From NCBI GenBank assembly GCA_012295275.1, contig CM022672.1, positions 30,194,001-30,258,000 on the forward strand: a DNA stretch of 64,000 bases. The letters run 5' to 3'. The notes under the pieces were generated by a model that was not told the DNA's origin, made no database searches, and saw only the letters and a program-made list of their open reading frames with translations. This DNA is from Chrysomallon squamiferum (Eukaryota; Animalia; Mollusca). Positions 13,301-26,474 of the stretch are shown here, in pieces (the stretch's first letter is position 1; every line of letters begins with the position of its first letter). A program made the position numbers and the translations under genes.

Positions 13301-14479
13301 TTGGTATTCAGATGATGGGCCAGTTACCTCACTGGTGTTGAATGTCACATATAAAAGTTTTTTAATGTTTAATATTAGATTACATAACTATTTTATGCTT
13401 ATATATACGTAACGCTTTTGTGTTCAAATATTACAGCAGTTACCTAGTAGTACCAAATGTCATTTATAAGTTTATAATGTTTAACATTAGATAAGTGATT
13501 TTTTTTTGTTAGAGTGGACATTTTTCTATCTTGTACCAAATCTGTCTCTGAGGATCTTTATCATTTTCTTCATCTCCAGAGCTCAGTTTAGCAAATTATT
13601 GTTTTTTCCCATTTCACTCAGACACAAACAGTATAGTATTTTAATAGAGTATGTTGTTATATTATAATCATAGCCAGAATGAAAACTTGTATTTTTAGAA
13701 CACTGATGGTAACTATCGGTGTGAAAAAAATTTGTATTAGTATTATATTTTAGTACTGTTCTTATTTTATAAAATATGGTAAATAACTATATTAAATTAT
13801 AGTGCAGTTCTTACATTAATAAGTTATTTTAAATATTATACATTTAATATTGAAACCGTAATGTAGATTTATTTATCCTTTTATTTTTTATTATTATATA
13901 TTTTTATAACAGGTACATGGACAAGTGATGGATATGACTACAATGATAGCTTGTTGTTTAGAGTATGGAACATTACAGCATGTAAGACTAATACAGCTTA
14001 AACTGATAATTTAGTTTAAAAAATAATACTTTTCTTGTTGGTAACTCATGACATGAATGGAAATATTTTTATAGGCTTAAGAAGTTTTATCTTTTATTCT
14101 TGATTTTGTAGATCTGCAAATTTATACATTTATTATAAATACATGGAAAAGTTAACAAAACTAATTTTTCTGTTATCTACATTTTCGTTACATAAACTTC
14201 TGATTAATATCTATAATTAATTGATATTCACAATTTGCATTTAACACTACAAAAAGAATTTAGTACTATGAATTTATTCCATTTTTGTTTTTTAATTATT
14301 ACTTAAAGTTTACTTTTTCTAGTGATTATAAAAGTAGGCTTTAAAACATGCAAGTAATTTGTTAAATATCAAGATAAATTTACAGTTAAGAGCTCATAAT
14401 TTACTGCTTGTTAGTCTTTAAATATTTGTCTTTGCAGGATTCGTGGAAAATTCCAGAAATAACAATACCAAGAGGATGA
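4372..14479 (+). CDS. Slimp: SLIMP-like protein (seryl-tRNA synthetase-like mitochondrial protein, degenerate SARS2 paralog), ~493 aa. Exons 4372-4507, 5182-5339, 5984-6088, 6528-6608, 7115-7189, 7653-7698, 8084-8144, 8418-8559, 8775-8810, 9093-9198, 9970-10047, 10617-10660, 10776-10882, 11448-11541, 12413-12514, 13913-13981, 14438-14479
   Basis: All 17 exons are GT-AG and phase-consistent (1482 nt). The product has a basic N-terminal presequence (..VLRRFKSS), SSLFVSN resembling SLIMP SALYITG, a coiled-coil arm, LPNDL, AYYLKKDLA, EGCG, LPIRLFSVG, EVQMWSPS, VGFVSQHNDFVSRRL and HVYMVHG. This is the SerRS fold order with degenerate class II motifs. AATAAA at 14758. Confidence 0.85.
9223..9315. 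repeat. 30-bp minisatellite, 3 copies (intronic)
   Basis: Unit ATATATAATGTTTAATTTGAATGTATGAGT; explains ORF 9136..9345. Confidence 0.9.
11885..12345. repeat. Degenerate intronic tandem repeat with GATTATATAATAA(C/T)AAAGTTACA core
   Basis: Core recurs near 11924, 12085, 12151 and 12299 with diverged spacers. Confidence 0.6.
12600..13500. repeat. Degenerate ~115-120 bp intronic tandem repeat, ~8 copies
   Basis: Anchor TTTTAATGTTTAATATTAG recurs near 12654, 12768, 12893, 13007, 13119, 13254, 13359 and 13474, several followed by ACACATTACTCT-like segments. Confidence 0.8.
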
Positions 14480-15196
14480 TAATTCAGTGAATAATACTGA
14501 ATGCCATGTTGTGATTTCAACTTAATTTAAAAACAAGTGTATTTAAGTGGAAAATTTTAGACATACATACAAACACAACTGAAGCAGGAAACTTAACTAC
14601 AACAAAAAAACTATATTTTGTAATGATCTATTTAAATTTGTTTATGTATGAATCTGCTTAGAAAAACAGACCACAAAAATAGAAGTAACTTCTTTGTAAT
14701 TATATATTTAAATTCTGAATCATGTTTTAATGAAAAGAGAAGCTTAATTAATATTGAAATAAAACATTATTTTTTATAACAAGAAATGGATTCATATGTT
14801 TCTGACTTTTGAAAATATATTTAATTTTATATATCTTCATGCATGTAAAAGATGTATATTCTCAAATATATTTCGTTGAAATCTGACTGAAACATCTAGC
14901 TTTCAACTTTATGAATATACACACCAACACATTATTTTAGTCCAGTTTAAAGTTATTTAAATTCTATTTTTCTCATTTTAAGGTTTCCTATAAATCAGAT
15001 AATTAACACATGTTCCATACAAATGAAGTGAATGTCTGATGGAATGGGCAAACATCCCATGATATTGTACTATTACTAGCAATACATTACTCACACATAA
15101 GACAAACACTGAGTAGATATTATAGTCATAAATGAAATACCTGCTGAAGACTAAGAAATAATATTCTTACAACAAAGGAACAAGTTTTAATTTATT

Positions 15197-17423
15197 TCAT
15201 GTTTTATTTGACTTGAGTTTTTCACAGTACTTCATCAGTACCTTGCTGAGTTGTGAGTGAGTGGCACTTGTCCGAACTGCTGTGGCAGAGAAATGTGTGC
15301 GAGACGCAGAAAAACCATCAGCTTTAAGAAAGGCAACCACTCTCTGTACTCTGTATAAAGTAAAACAACATTGTTTTTGAAATATCCCACTTAAAATACA
15401 ATACATATAAAGAAACATCCATGCATACATACATACATACATACATACATATTACAATTACATATACACAAACACACACACACACATATATATATAAAAA
15501 GTGTACTATAGTGAAACAAGTTTGTATATAAAATGCACTAACATAAATAAATACACATATTATTCATTCATCTATATAAACAGACACATGCATCTACAGA
15601 TTAAAATATATAAAACAAGGACTATAATAAAATCAAAGAATTAAACTCTTCCACCAAATTAATGTTGATCTATTTTATGTAAGGCTAAATATGACATATC
15701 AGTAGTCAATAAATTCATTGTTGCCATAATCAATTTTCAATTAGCAGCAATGGATATTTTACATACTGTAGTCGTAGACAAGAAAGATCACAGCATGGCC
15801 TATGATGAACATGCTGGGATACTGGTTGGAATGGGCAAACATCCCAATAAAAGAAGCAAGGAGAATTGATCCTGTGACCAATAATGCCTAAAGTCATAGC
15901 CCTACCATTGACCCACTACACATGAACTAAGATGAAAATTATTTCTTGCCAAAAAAATAATTGTTTTTATATCAAAATGTTTGTGACATAAATGTAATGT
16001 TGCTGTTGTTTTCACTCCTGTAGACAACAGAATACTTACTTTGGCATGATGATACCAGGGTAGTTCTTCTTCCTTTCTAAACTGAGGTAAAAGGCTGGAC
16101 AGTGGTCAGCTACTCCAGTTTCACCTTCAGAGTCTACCTTGTCAACAAAGTCCATCTTCCCTTTCTTGTCTGACACTTGTACACTCTCGTCAGAATCCAG
16201 TTTTGGTTTCTTTCCATATTCTGTGTCACTGTCTGCTGATCTTTTCCTTGATTCCTTGTGATTAGTGTCAACCTCCATATCCTCAACACTACCAACATTT
16301 CTAACACTGTCACTACCCTGTCTGTCAGTGCTGTTTTTATTACTGTCACTGTTATTGTCTATCCTCTCAGTACAGTTCTTATTACTGTCACCTACTCCAT
16401 CCCCACCTTCAACAGAATATTCAGAGTTTTCAGATAACATCTGCGACGATATAGTTAGACCAAACTGTTTTTTACCACCAGTCACCTCTTCAAATTTACT
16501 AGTGTCAGTTGGTTTACAGTGTTGTTGTTTTTCTTCAGCAGTGTTGCTGGTTTGTCTACTGTCATCTGATGCTGTTTTTATTTCTCCACTGGACGACATC
16601 AGATGATGCTCAGGTCCACCACATCCTGCCTCCTCTAACAGTGATGTGACCAACATGTGAAATTTTGTACTCAGTTTGAGCTTAGTACCCTCGGCTAACA
16701 TCTCTGAGAGAAAGGTTCTGTTGAAAATACTTCCACACCTGTTAAAATTATGAACAGATATTTGATTAACAGCATCTCCACTCATTTTAATAATGTTATT
16801 TATTAAAATGCAAGACAAACAGGGTCTCAAAGTACAACCACTATGTTTGACTGCAAAAAAAGTGCTCTCAAAAATTCCTTTGTTCATTACAAAGAGCTGT
16901 CTAATTTTGAAGATCTGCTTATAATAATAATTCTTATTATGAGTTAATTTTAATTTTAATTAAATGTAAATAAGCTGGAATTATATACACAACTTTAATA
17001 AAACAAACGCCAACACAAATCCACATACAAACCTTATATATTATATGTCTGCATTTAAATATTTATATAAGCAAGAATAAGTTGTTAGATGACTTCAAAA
17101 GAAGCATCTGCTGCAAAAACAACAGAAAATAATGGCCTCTTGTTGCCATAATCGCACTGCATATTTAAAAAGGAATCACTTTCACTTGTAACAAAAGGTT
17201 TAGTAAATTACCAATTATGAAAGATAAGATTTCAAGGTGTATTGTTTTTCAGTTTAAAATTTAATTATCTGGATGTATAGCATACCACATTGGTCCCAGT
17301 TCTAGTGCAGTGCTGCCTGGTGTCTTTTTTTGACAGTCACAGGGTAACAGGGAATATGGATCTTCTGCAAAATAAATACAACATTTATAAAATAATCTTC
17401 TGTAAACAAATACAGCATTCATT

Positions 17424-17455
<32 letters not shown>

Positions 17456-19234
17456 AATAAATGCAGCATTCATAATAATAATAATAATAATTGTAAATAA
17501 ATATCACAGTTATAACAATGGTCTTCTGTAAACAAATACAGCATTGATAATAATAATTTTCTGAAAATAAATAAAGAATTATAACAATAATCTTCTGGAA
17601 ATAAATATAGCATTTACCATCATAAAACACATCATGTTTGTCTACTTTCAAAGATGATTGTTATAAAAAACATTTTTTAAATTTATGAAACATCTGTTGT
17701 TATTACCTCAGATTACCTCAGATTTACAGTTACGCTGAATGGTTACAATGTAAGTGACAAAGACTGACTTTGGTCTATTTCTGATGACCAGTAACAGCAT
17801 AGTTTATACGTAAAGGCATCAATTAAACAGGTTACTGTTTTGAAAGTCTTTTTATAAAAAAGAAAAAAGTACAATAACGCTATTTAAACAATTACATTTA
17901 AAAATTATGTTTTCATAGCCATCTTCATTTTGTGTACCAGTCAACATTAGAAAAATATATTTGAAGTAATGATTTTATACCAATTTGTTTTACACCAACA
18001 CACAGACAGACACACACACACACACAAATACACCTATCTTTGTTGGTTTATTTAAAATATACAAGTAATCACTACTTAGATGTACAATGCATATTATCTT
18101 GCCTATTGTTGCTTTCCTGTGAGGTAGAAACACTTTATCTTCACACATCTGACAAAACAGAAGACGACGCAGTTGACACACAGACACATCGGCAGCGCGA
18201 GGTCCACGGTGAACTTGTACAGAGATCAGGAGAAAATCTTCTACAGACGCGACAAACAGAACCTCAATTCCTTTGTTACAACAAGCAGCCACTCTGAAAT
18301 TATTTATAAAATTATCAGTTTTCAGTTTATGTGCACACACACATGCACACACACTTACAGACAGAGAAAAGAGAGAGAGAGAGAGAGTCATATCAATATT
18401 TACATTAAGATTTTGTGCCCACATTGGTCATATTAAACCTACACAATGATCTATTTAATTATATATTTAATATTGTTTATCGCTTGATATCGAACATGAG
18501 AGAATTGAAATACAACATACTGTTAAAGATAATATTTTATCAGACAACAGAAAAGAAGGAAATTTTTTTTTCAAACGTTTTATTTGGAGTTATTAGGCAT
18601 CAGACATATTGTCAGATGTGGATCTACCATGAAAGAAATGAACCTTAAGCTTCAGGGCCTCTAATTCAGGATGTGCCACAGAAGTAATTTCAGTCCATGT
18701 TGCTTAAAATTATTTTTCAAAATTTGAGATGTCATGGTTATATTTAAAAAAAAAAAAAAAACGATAAAACATTTATGGTGATCTGTCACAGAACAAGTCT
18801 GCTGGAGAAGATAATAGTGGTTACCCAGACATTGTAGCTGCTTGCAAAAAGCTCCCAAACTGCATGGACCCCAAATATGTAGGTTCATCATTGCATATTG
18901 TTAAGAATCATTTTGATAACAGGAAAGGAAACCCACATCCACTGAATCATGGGATACTCTTTCCAATGTTTTATGAGCACCATCCTACAGGCAGGGCTGG
19001 GTACACACACACACAGATATATATATATATATATATGGAGACAGAATCACAGCCATATTTAGACAGGCCAGTGAACACAACAATATTTGTTCTACAAGTT
19101 GGGCACCATTAGTTTGAACAAGAAATTATCCATTCAGAAGGATCTATAATATTTTCAATGACCAACTGTACACTGATCAGAAACATTACCTACATCCCAC
19201 CCATCAAATCAAACCCACTAAATAAATAAAATAA

Positions 19235-19318
<84 letters not shown>

Positions 19319-20813
19319 AAAAACTCAGTGTGTATTGTTAAAATTACCTAGCAATAGATGCGATGTAGATTCTGGCTGCCAGTTCTTTAACAAATTCAGT
19401 TTTTGTTGACACTGCTGTGTGCTGTCTCTGCACAACTTCGGGACAGCGAGAGAAAGAAGAGATGTTTGAACAAACAAATGAGATGATTCCATTGTTCTTT
19501 ACGTTGAACAAAGCAGAGTCCACAAAGTTTGTGACACTCTTGTGTGGGTCAATATATCTGGAAAACAGAGCAATTTGATAAATAATTAATAACTACATTT
19601 AACTAAATTATAACATTAATATCAAATATTCAAACACACACACAAACACATATACACAAACACATTTAGATATATTTTTAAACAAAATAGTGAAATAGGT
19701 GAATGTATTTATTAATTAAACAACACGTAAATATTGTTTTTAAAAGTTATTAATTGTAAAACTACATATTTTTTTTTAACATTAAGATGATTATAAGGGG
19801 GCAAAACTGATATCTACATATTTTTTAGCCATTCTTACAAAATCTGAAATATTTTTTATTAACACCTTCCCATAGTTAGGAAAGCAATTCAAACAGCATT
19901 TTGTAAATTATTCATGTGGTAATAACTAAAGCAGGAATTTGTTCTTGCAAGCAAATGTAACTTCCCTGCAGCCTAACATACTGATCCCAGAGATTTAACT
20001 ACCATGCCATACACACTACACTAATCATACTATACTGAACACACTATGCTGAACATATTAAAAACACAATACTGAACACACGATAATGAACGCAAAAAAA
20101 ATCAGTGGGTTCTTAGCTTTTTAATTTTTAGTGCCCTATTTCAAAACAGTTGTTAATATTGGGGTTAAATGTTAAACTGTGGTAAAAGTTTGATGAAATT
20201 TATAGTGTAGTTATAAGAATTTTAATGTTATATAGTATTTTCAATCTCATAGTGTTGCTAGGGGGAACAACCATTATAAGGCTGATAATCACTGGTTCAG
20301 AAACATGCAGAAGACTCACAGAAAATGAAAAGCTTCCAAATGCATCAAGGCATTGGGAGTACAGTGTGCTACTCGGATCTCATTGTGAGGCTGTGACTCT
20401 AGTGGGAAGCCAGGTATTCTAGTGGAATCTGGAGATTTAATTACAGGTGTAAAATCATTTCTTCGACAGTTCTCTGAAATCTTGTCCACTGAATCTTTGT
20501 CTGCAACCGTCACGTGAACTTTCTCTCCATGATGTTTCTTCCACTGCAGTCCAGCAAGACCTGAAAACAGTAAAATAATAATAATAATAATAATACGAAT
20601 ACGAATACTAATAATGATTATAATAACAGTAGTAGTAGAAGCCGTAGTAGTAGTAGTAATAATGATAATAATAATAACACTGGTAATAATAATATTATTA
20701 CTAATAATAATAATAACAATAATAATAATATGGTAATAAAATTACTACTACTGATACTGCTACTAATAATAATTATAATTATATGAATAATAATGATTAT
20801 ACCACTACTACTA

Positions 20814-20857
<44 letters not shown>

Positions 20858-21550
20858 CATATTATTATTATTATTATTATTGTTTTGTTATTGTTATTTT
20901 GATAAAGAAACTAATCACATCTCCATTGTTAAACCTTTTCTTCTCTTAAAGTTAAAAGAGAAAATGTTCAAAACATCAAATTACTATCGTAACTTACTAA
21001 CTATGGGAAAGTCAGTCAGTGTATTTAACTATTATATTTTCCGATGATACTCTGTTATTACCTGAAGCAGCAACTACATCGGCGGCATAGACAAGATCTT
21101 GATGTCGTCTACAAAATATTCCAAGCGCAGCAAGAACGATTTCTCTGTAACAACATTAGTGAAACGTTTTCATTTGTGGTAATTACAGAACTCAATGTGA
21201 ATGTCAAAATTAAAAACAATTTTAATTTCTCAATTCAATTATTCATCTATTAAATACATTGTTAGATCTATCATGAAAATCTTTCCTGGATAATTTTCTG
21301 TATCATCTACTTCACTAAATACTAAAATAAATAAATAAATAAATAAATAAATACAAATTTTATGTAAATTATAAATAAATTTTACAATTCTGTGTACTCT
21401 TTTTTACCTAAATGTATTTAATTTAGCATTATAAAGTTTTTGTTTCTCTTGTGGGGTTTTTCCATAATCATTCCGAACAGTGACACCATTTTCAGATACC
21501 AAAACGCAATCATTATTTAAAGCCGCGTTCTTATTACTGGGCGCATCCAT
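15197..21550 (-). CDS. TRMT1L: TRMT1-like tRNA methyltransferase paralog, ~599 aa. Exons 21408-21550, 21062-21144, 20320-20560, 19348-19557, 18103-18293, 17286-17364, 16040-16738, 15197-15350
   Basis: The spliced product has GLAGLQWKKH, NALMHLEAFHFLYIDP, KELAARIYIASIARVAACCNKGIEVLF, RGPRAAD, CQMCED, LPCDCQKKTPGSTALELGPMW, PAFYLSL and GFSASRTHFSATAVRT, collinear with vertebrate TRMT1L. The total of 1800 nt is phase-consistent if intron 5 is GC-AG. Confidence 0.9.
15735..15925 (+). repeat. Old dispersed repeat (SINE-like) fragment; related copies near 18920-19200, 39195-39360 and 61255-61450
   Basis: Shared degenerate motifs (CAATTAGCAG(C/T)AA..GA, GGAAACC, (G/T)ACTGG..G.AA..GG.AAA, TGATCC) in several introns; too decayed to classify. 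Confidence 0.35.
17361..17615 (-). repeat. Degenerate tandem copies of the TRMT1L exon-6 splice acceptor
   Basis: Plus-strand TCTTCTG(C/T/G)AAA(T/C)AAATA-like units at 17361 (modelled acceptor), 17396, 17522, ~17558 and 17591. Confidence 0.7.
19240..19316. repeat. (CAA)n microsatellite
   Basis: Read directly. Confidence 0.95.
20575..20880. repeat. Compound (AAT)/(TAG)/(ACT) low-complexity tract in a TRMT1L intron
   Basis: Read directly; explains ORF 20618..20860. Confidence 0.85.
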
Positions 21551-22004
21551 TTTCGATCTTCCTTGACTTTACACTTTTTCAAGAACAAGCACTAAACAAC
21601 TATGAAAGAGAAACACAGAAGTTTTCAGTTCTCGTTATTTTGTCGATTACTACTCGTTCAGTAGGTGTTAGCCTATATCATTTTTGTTGTTGTTGTTTTA
21701 GTAAAATAATAAATTTAATTAGCGAAACAGTTATAGTATTTTAAGTCATGCCCACGATTAAGAGTACAATTTTAAGAAACACTTTGAAAGGCTTTTATAT
21801 TTTTTCATTATTATTTTTTTATCATTACATGAGAAGCATTAAATGGTTTTGCAAAAGATGTAACAATATAATTTCTTAAATAAACTTTTTCTGAATTAAA
21901 AAGAAAGGATACTCGAAAAACAAACATGTGTAGAAAAATATTACATGTTGTGAAACAAATATAAACATATTAAGAGGGTGAGATTTGCTAGAAGAATTGT
22001 AAAA
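21551..22004. promoter_or_regulatory. Shared head-to-head promoter region of TRMT1L and BCCIP
   Basis: Divergent ATGs are only 454 bp apart; a YY1-like AAAATGGCG overlaps the BCCIP start codon. Confidence 0.55.
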
Positions 22005-22357
22005 ATGGCGTCCAAGAAGAAATGCACGGGAGGCGAAACGGAGATGAATGGTGACAGCAATAGTGATTACGAGCAGGATAATATGAATTCAGACGAAGAT
22101 CACGAATTTGTTAATCAGGTGACAGCTACTTACATATTTTTTCCTTCCACAGATTGTTACTTTTCAATTAATTAAAATGAATATTAAATCATAAATGGAG
22201 GTGAATGCCTTTAAATTACGATTTTACGTTACAGATTTACAGTTTACAGTTAGTAGTTACAAATTATCAAATACTGAAATAGCTTTTATATATATATTTA
22301 ATTTTTATAAAATAGTTTATATTTAAATTTTAAATTTTAGTTTCTTTTCTTTTCTTA

Positions 22358-22396
<39 letters not shown>

Positions 22397-25300
22397 ATTT
22401 TTATTACTTTTTAAACCGCAGGAAGTACAGGTTGATTTTGAAGCTAACATGCCATCAGACTCCGACTTCCATGGAATTCGAGCTTTACTTAATCAGGTAA
22501 AGTTGACTTCACAGTATTAATTGTAATAAATAATTTTTACACAACAGGTTGTATCCTAGAGTAGAGAAAAAAACAACAAAAAAAAAAAAAAAAAAAAAAA
22601 AAAAATGCCCTCCTAGAAATTAAACAAATTATTTACATTTACGTATATAATAAATAAATGAATTTAATCAACTTTTTATGTGTGTGTGTTAAATGTGCTA
22701 CTTTCAAAAGCTGTTAAATAATTGTTAAGAATTTAATAAACATTTAATTTTTGAAGATAAAATTTTTATTTTCAGCTGTTTCTGAAAGCCGATGTGGACA
22801 TTTCAAAATTAACAGATCTCATTATTTCACAGAATTATGTTGGCAGTGTACTCAAGGTGAGAATAATTAAAATATAAAATACTTTTTTTGCCTTATTACA
22901 GGTTTATTAACATCTACAGTAAAATTTTATCTAAGCAGCTGTCAGCAGTTAGCATAATTACATCAGGTTCATGCATTTGAAGCAGTATATACAACAACAA
23001 AAATCATTAACTAGTTATTTTTTAAATATTGTGTTCTTTTTAAATTAACACAAATTCATGTCATGTAAATTATGAATTGTGGCAGTCTTCATCTTTTAAA
23101 CCTATATTTTTAATTAAAACAGGAAAAATAAATCTGATTCAAAGTAACAGTATTTAATAATCATTATTCAGCATGGATGCAGTCTAAACTTATATTTGAA
23201 TTGTGTTAAACTTGTATAGCAATCTTCTACACCAGAAGATGACGATGATGATGATGATGATGGTGACCAAGTGTTTGGTGTGTGTACTGTAGTGAACCTA
23301 ACACACAGAAAGGTAAATTTTTATTTATTTTTTATTCACTCTTTTGTGTTTGTTAAAACACAAATAATACTTTAACAGTCACGGCTAAATAAACATTTAT
23401 AAAGTGCTAATTTTAAATTTGAGCCACCAATATTTTGTAATATAAAATAAATTTTTATGAAATAATTTTGTATGCTTCAATATTAACTAATTTTAATAAA
23501 TATATGTTACACTTAATAACTGACTGATCAGAAATCTTAAACAAACTAAAGAATAAACAAAATTTTTGTTAATTCTGTTAGGATGGATTTTGCCGTGAAA
23601 TTCTAAGGGCAAAAATTGGAATTGGTTAATAGTAAATGATATCCAGGAAAAAAATTCATTCTCATTACAGCAGTCATTAAGATACAGAGGAAGTCAAAAT
23701 CACATCTGCTGTAGCAGTCACCAAAAATTGTAAACAGTGATTTGTTAATGTATGGTTTGTTTGTTTGACAGGATGAAGACTGTGTTCAGCAGATAAGATT
23801 TATGCTGACAGACAAATGTCACCAATGTGCTAACAACCAGACAGACGACTTCCTGTCTGCTCTCAACAACCCGGACAGCCATATTGGATTTCTCTTGAGT
23901 GAGAGATTCATTAACATCCCTCCCCAGATTGCTCTGCCTCAGTTCGAGTCACTAAGGTAACTAATTTATTTTTAATTTTTTAATTTATTTGAATATTATT
24001 AATATTATTATTATTATTATTATTTATTTATTTTTAATATTATTATTATTTATCAATCAACATAATACTTCTAGTATTAGTTTAATTAATGTTGACTGAC
24101 TTAAGCTATGATTTTCTCTTAAGTTATTCTCCAGTTTAATTATTTTGAAACTTTACATTTCTTGTGGAAAAGGAGGTTAGACTTCAGATAAAATTTCAGT
24201 TTGTTTGTAAATATAAATTGTTTAAAAACCTTGTAAAACATCTGAAAAACCGTGTGAAAAATGATAATGATTTTTATATTTGAGGAATAACGCTAAGCTA
24301 AAAACATAGTAAATAACAAACTTTTAAAAAGTAAAAGATAATTTAAAACTTGAACTGTGTTTGTCTTTACAGGAAAGACATTGAGAAGGCCAAAAGACAA
24401 AATCTGAAATACAGTTTTTCTAATTTTGTTATGATCGCCAAAACATACCGTCTTTCGTCAAATGAAAGTGGAGATAACCAAGAACTGATGTTCAGTAATC
24501 CAGAAGAGGAGTTGATTTATGAAGTAAGCATTAAGTGTTAATTTCCAGTTCTAACCAGAACAACTTTTAGTGTAGTCAATTGTCTAGGTATTTGTTTTGA
24601 AGTAAAAGATGTCTTGATTCTGAATGAAAAAGAATATTCACAGGTTTTTTTTCTTATCTTGTATCTTCATAATCACATATTTAAACATTTTATGAGAATA
24701 TGAAAATATTAATATTAAAAATTCAGTTTGGTCAAATATATTTATTTGTTTATTATTAATAAATCTGTTTTACACTATATTGTTATTAATTATATATATA
24801 TATATAAAAAAAACATTCAAAATGTTACTGAAATGTAATAGAGATTTATAAAATACTTGTACAGGGTAACAAACATTTATAAATGTTTGAAATCAGACCT
24901 GACCCAGATGTTTCTATTCTCCATTTTTCTTGACCAAAGTTTAATAGATATACATAAAATACATAATTTAAAGTGAAGAACTCAACTGCATTCAAGAGAT
25001 ACAAATATCAGTGCTCTCTAGAAGCCAGTTTTCAGAAATCTGGACAAATGATCCGAAACCTGTTCAGTGTGTTTACTGACTCTAGCTGCAAAACCAGCTG
25101 CACAAATAATTTTTACTTGTTTTACTGAGGAAAAACAAAATTGCATGAGCTAATATTTCAGTATATAAGGACTATGTTATGTATTTTGTACATCAACATT
25201 AACATACTCATGATACTTCCAGTAAGTTAAATATTTTAGTAGGTATACAAGATAAATGCTAATGAAGTAAAAATATTTAAGTTAATTTAGTAGCTTGATT

Positions 25301-25564
25301 ATTTATTTAATTACTACTGTTTATTACACAAATATACATACACACACAATTTTAATTTTTTTTTTAAATTATTATTATTATTTTTTTCAGCTAAGTGATT
25401 TGACTTGGAGTTATTCTGTGGCTTCTGAACGGGATTCAGTGGTTGTGGGGGGATGGGAGGAGGAGGAGGAGGAAGCTGAACCTCTGAGAACTGTGATGAT
25501 GTTCTCCGAGAACAAATTTGACACCATCATAGATAAACTGAGATCAGAACTTTCAATCACATAA
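22005..25564 (+). CDS. BCCIP: BCCIP / Bcp1 homolog, ~290 aa. Exons 22005-22118, 22422-22496, 22776-22856, 23220-23312, 23772-23956, 24373-24523, 25391-25564
   Basis: MASKKK, an acidic N-terminus, EVQVDFEA..DSDFHGIRALLNQLFLKA, LIISQNYVGSVLK, VFGVCTVVNL, GFLLSERFINIPPQIALP, FSNPEEELI and PLRTVM are hallmark BCCIP motifs. The 873 nt are phase-consistent. Confidence 0.95.
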
Positions 25565-26474
25565 ATGAAAATAAAGATCTTCAAAGCAATTGTTGTTGGT
25601 TGTCAGTGAAGGCAGAATTTTGTTATCATTCATAAAATAAATAAAAAGAACTTTAAAAAATGAGATATGTATACACTGAATTATATAGTTAAATAAATAT
25701 TTTACATTACTTATTATTTATAGCACTAAATTCATTTTCCATATTCCATTACTTGCCTTATTCCATATGTGCTTTTATGTAAGAAATCCTTTACTACAAA
25801 TATTTACAAATGTTTACAAATTACAAAAATACATTCTGGTATATAAAACTTGATTACACATTACAAAATTACTTGATTTAACAACAAACTGAATACCCAA
25901 AAGGAAAACTTCCCACATCCAACGTTTTGCTTCAAATGAAACCATCAGTTTTACATGATCAAAGTTTGTAATAAAATAAATATCTATAACTGTGTTACTG
26001 ATAAATGCATACTTTAAATCACACGGCTACCCAAATCTAATGTTCGTAGGTATTTGTGGTCGCGTCTTAATGGCATTCTACTGATTAATATTAGTAATAT
26101 ACATGTAGTGTTTCATTGCCGTAACTAGACTTTGAAAAGAGGCAAAAAGATGTTTTTAATGTCCGTTATGCAGTTCATCGCAACGATGTCGGTAGACTTC
26201 AAACGGTAACCAACCATAGACATAAACGAATTCATAGATTGGAAATCGTTTCTATCGGTATAGAGATAGAAATTTATATTTATAACAAAAACAAAACAAA
26301 AAATCGTCAATTTCGGTATGAGGCATGTGCCTCTATGTAGTTACGGTCATGCATTTTGTCCAAAATAATGGCGGCTATCAGTCAAAGCTACTGACTCAAA
26401 ATGTTCATTAACTGTTTTCAGACACTTCAGATATCAGACTAACTAAAAATCCACATTTAATTTGTGTGAATCCA

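Noticed and set aside
16036-16887. 283-aa ORF as a standalone gene
   Set aside because: It is TRMT1L exon 7 (16040-16738) plus intronic read-through; ORFs 16134..16349 and 16265..16606 are its alternative-frame and antisense shadows.
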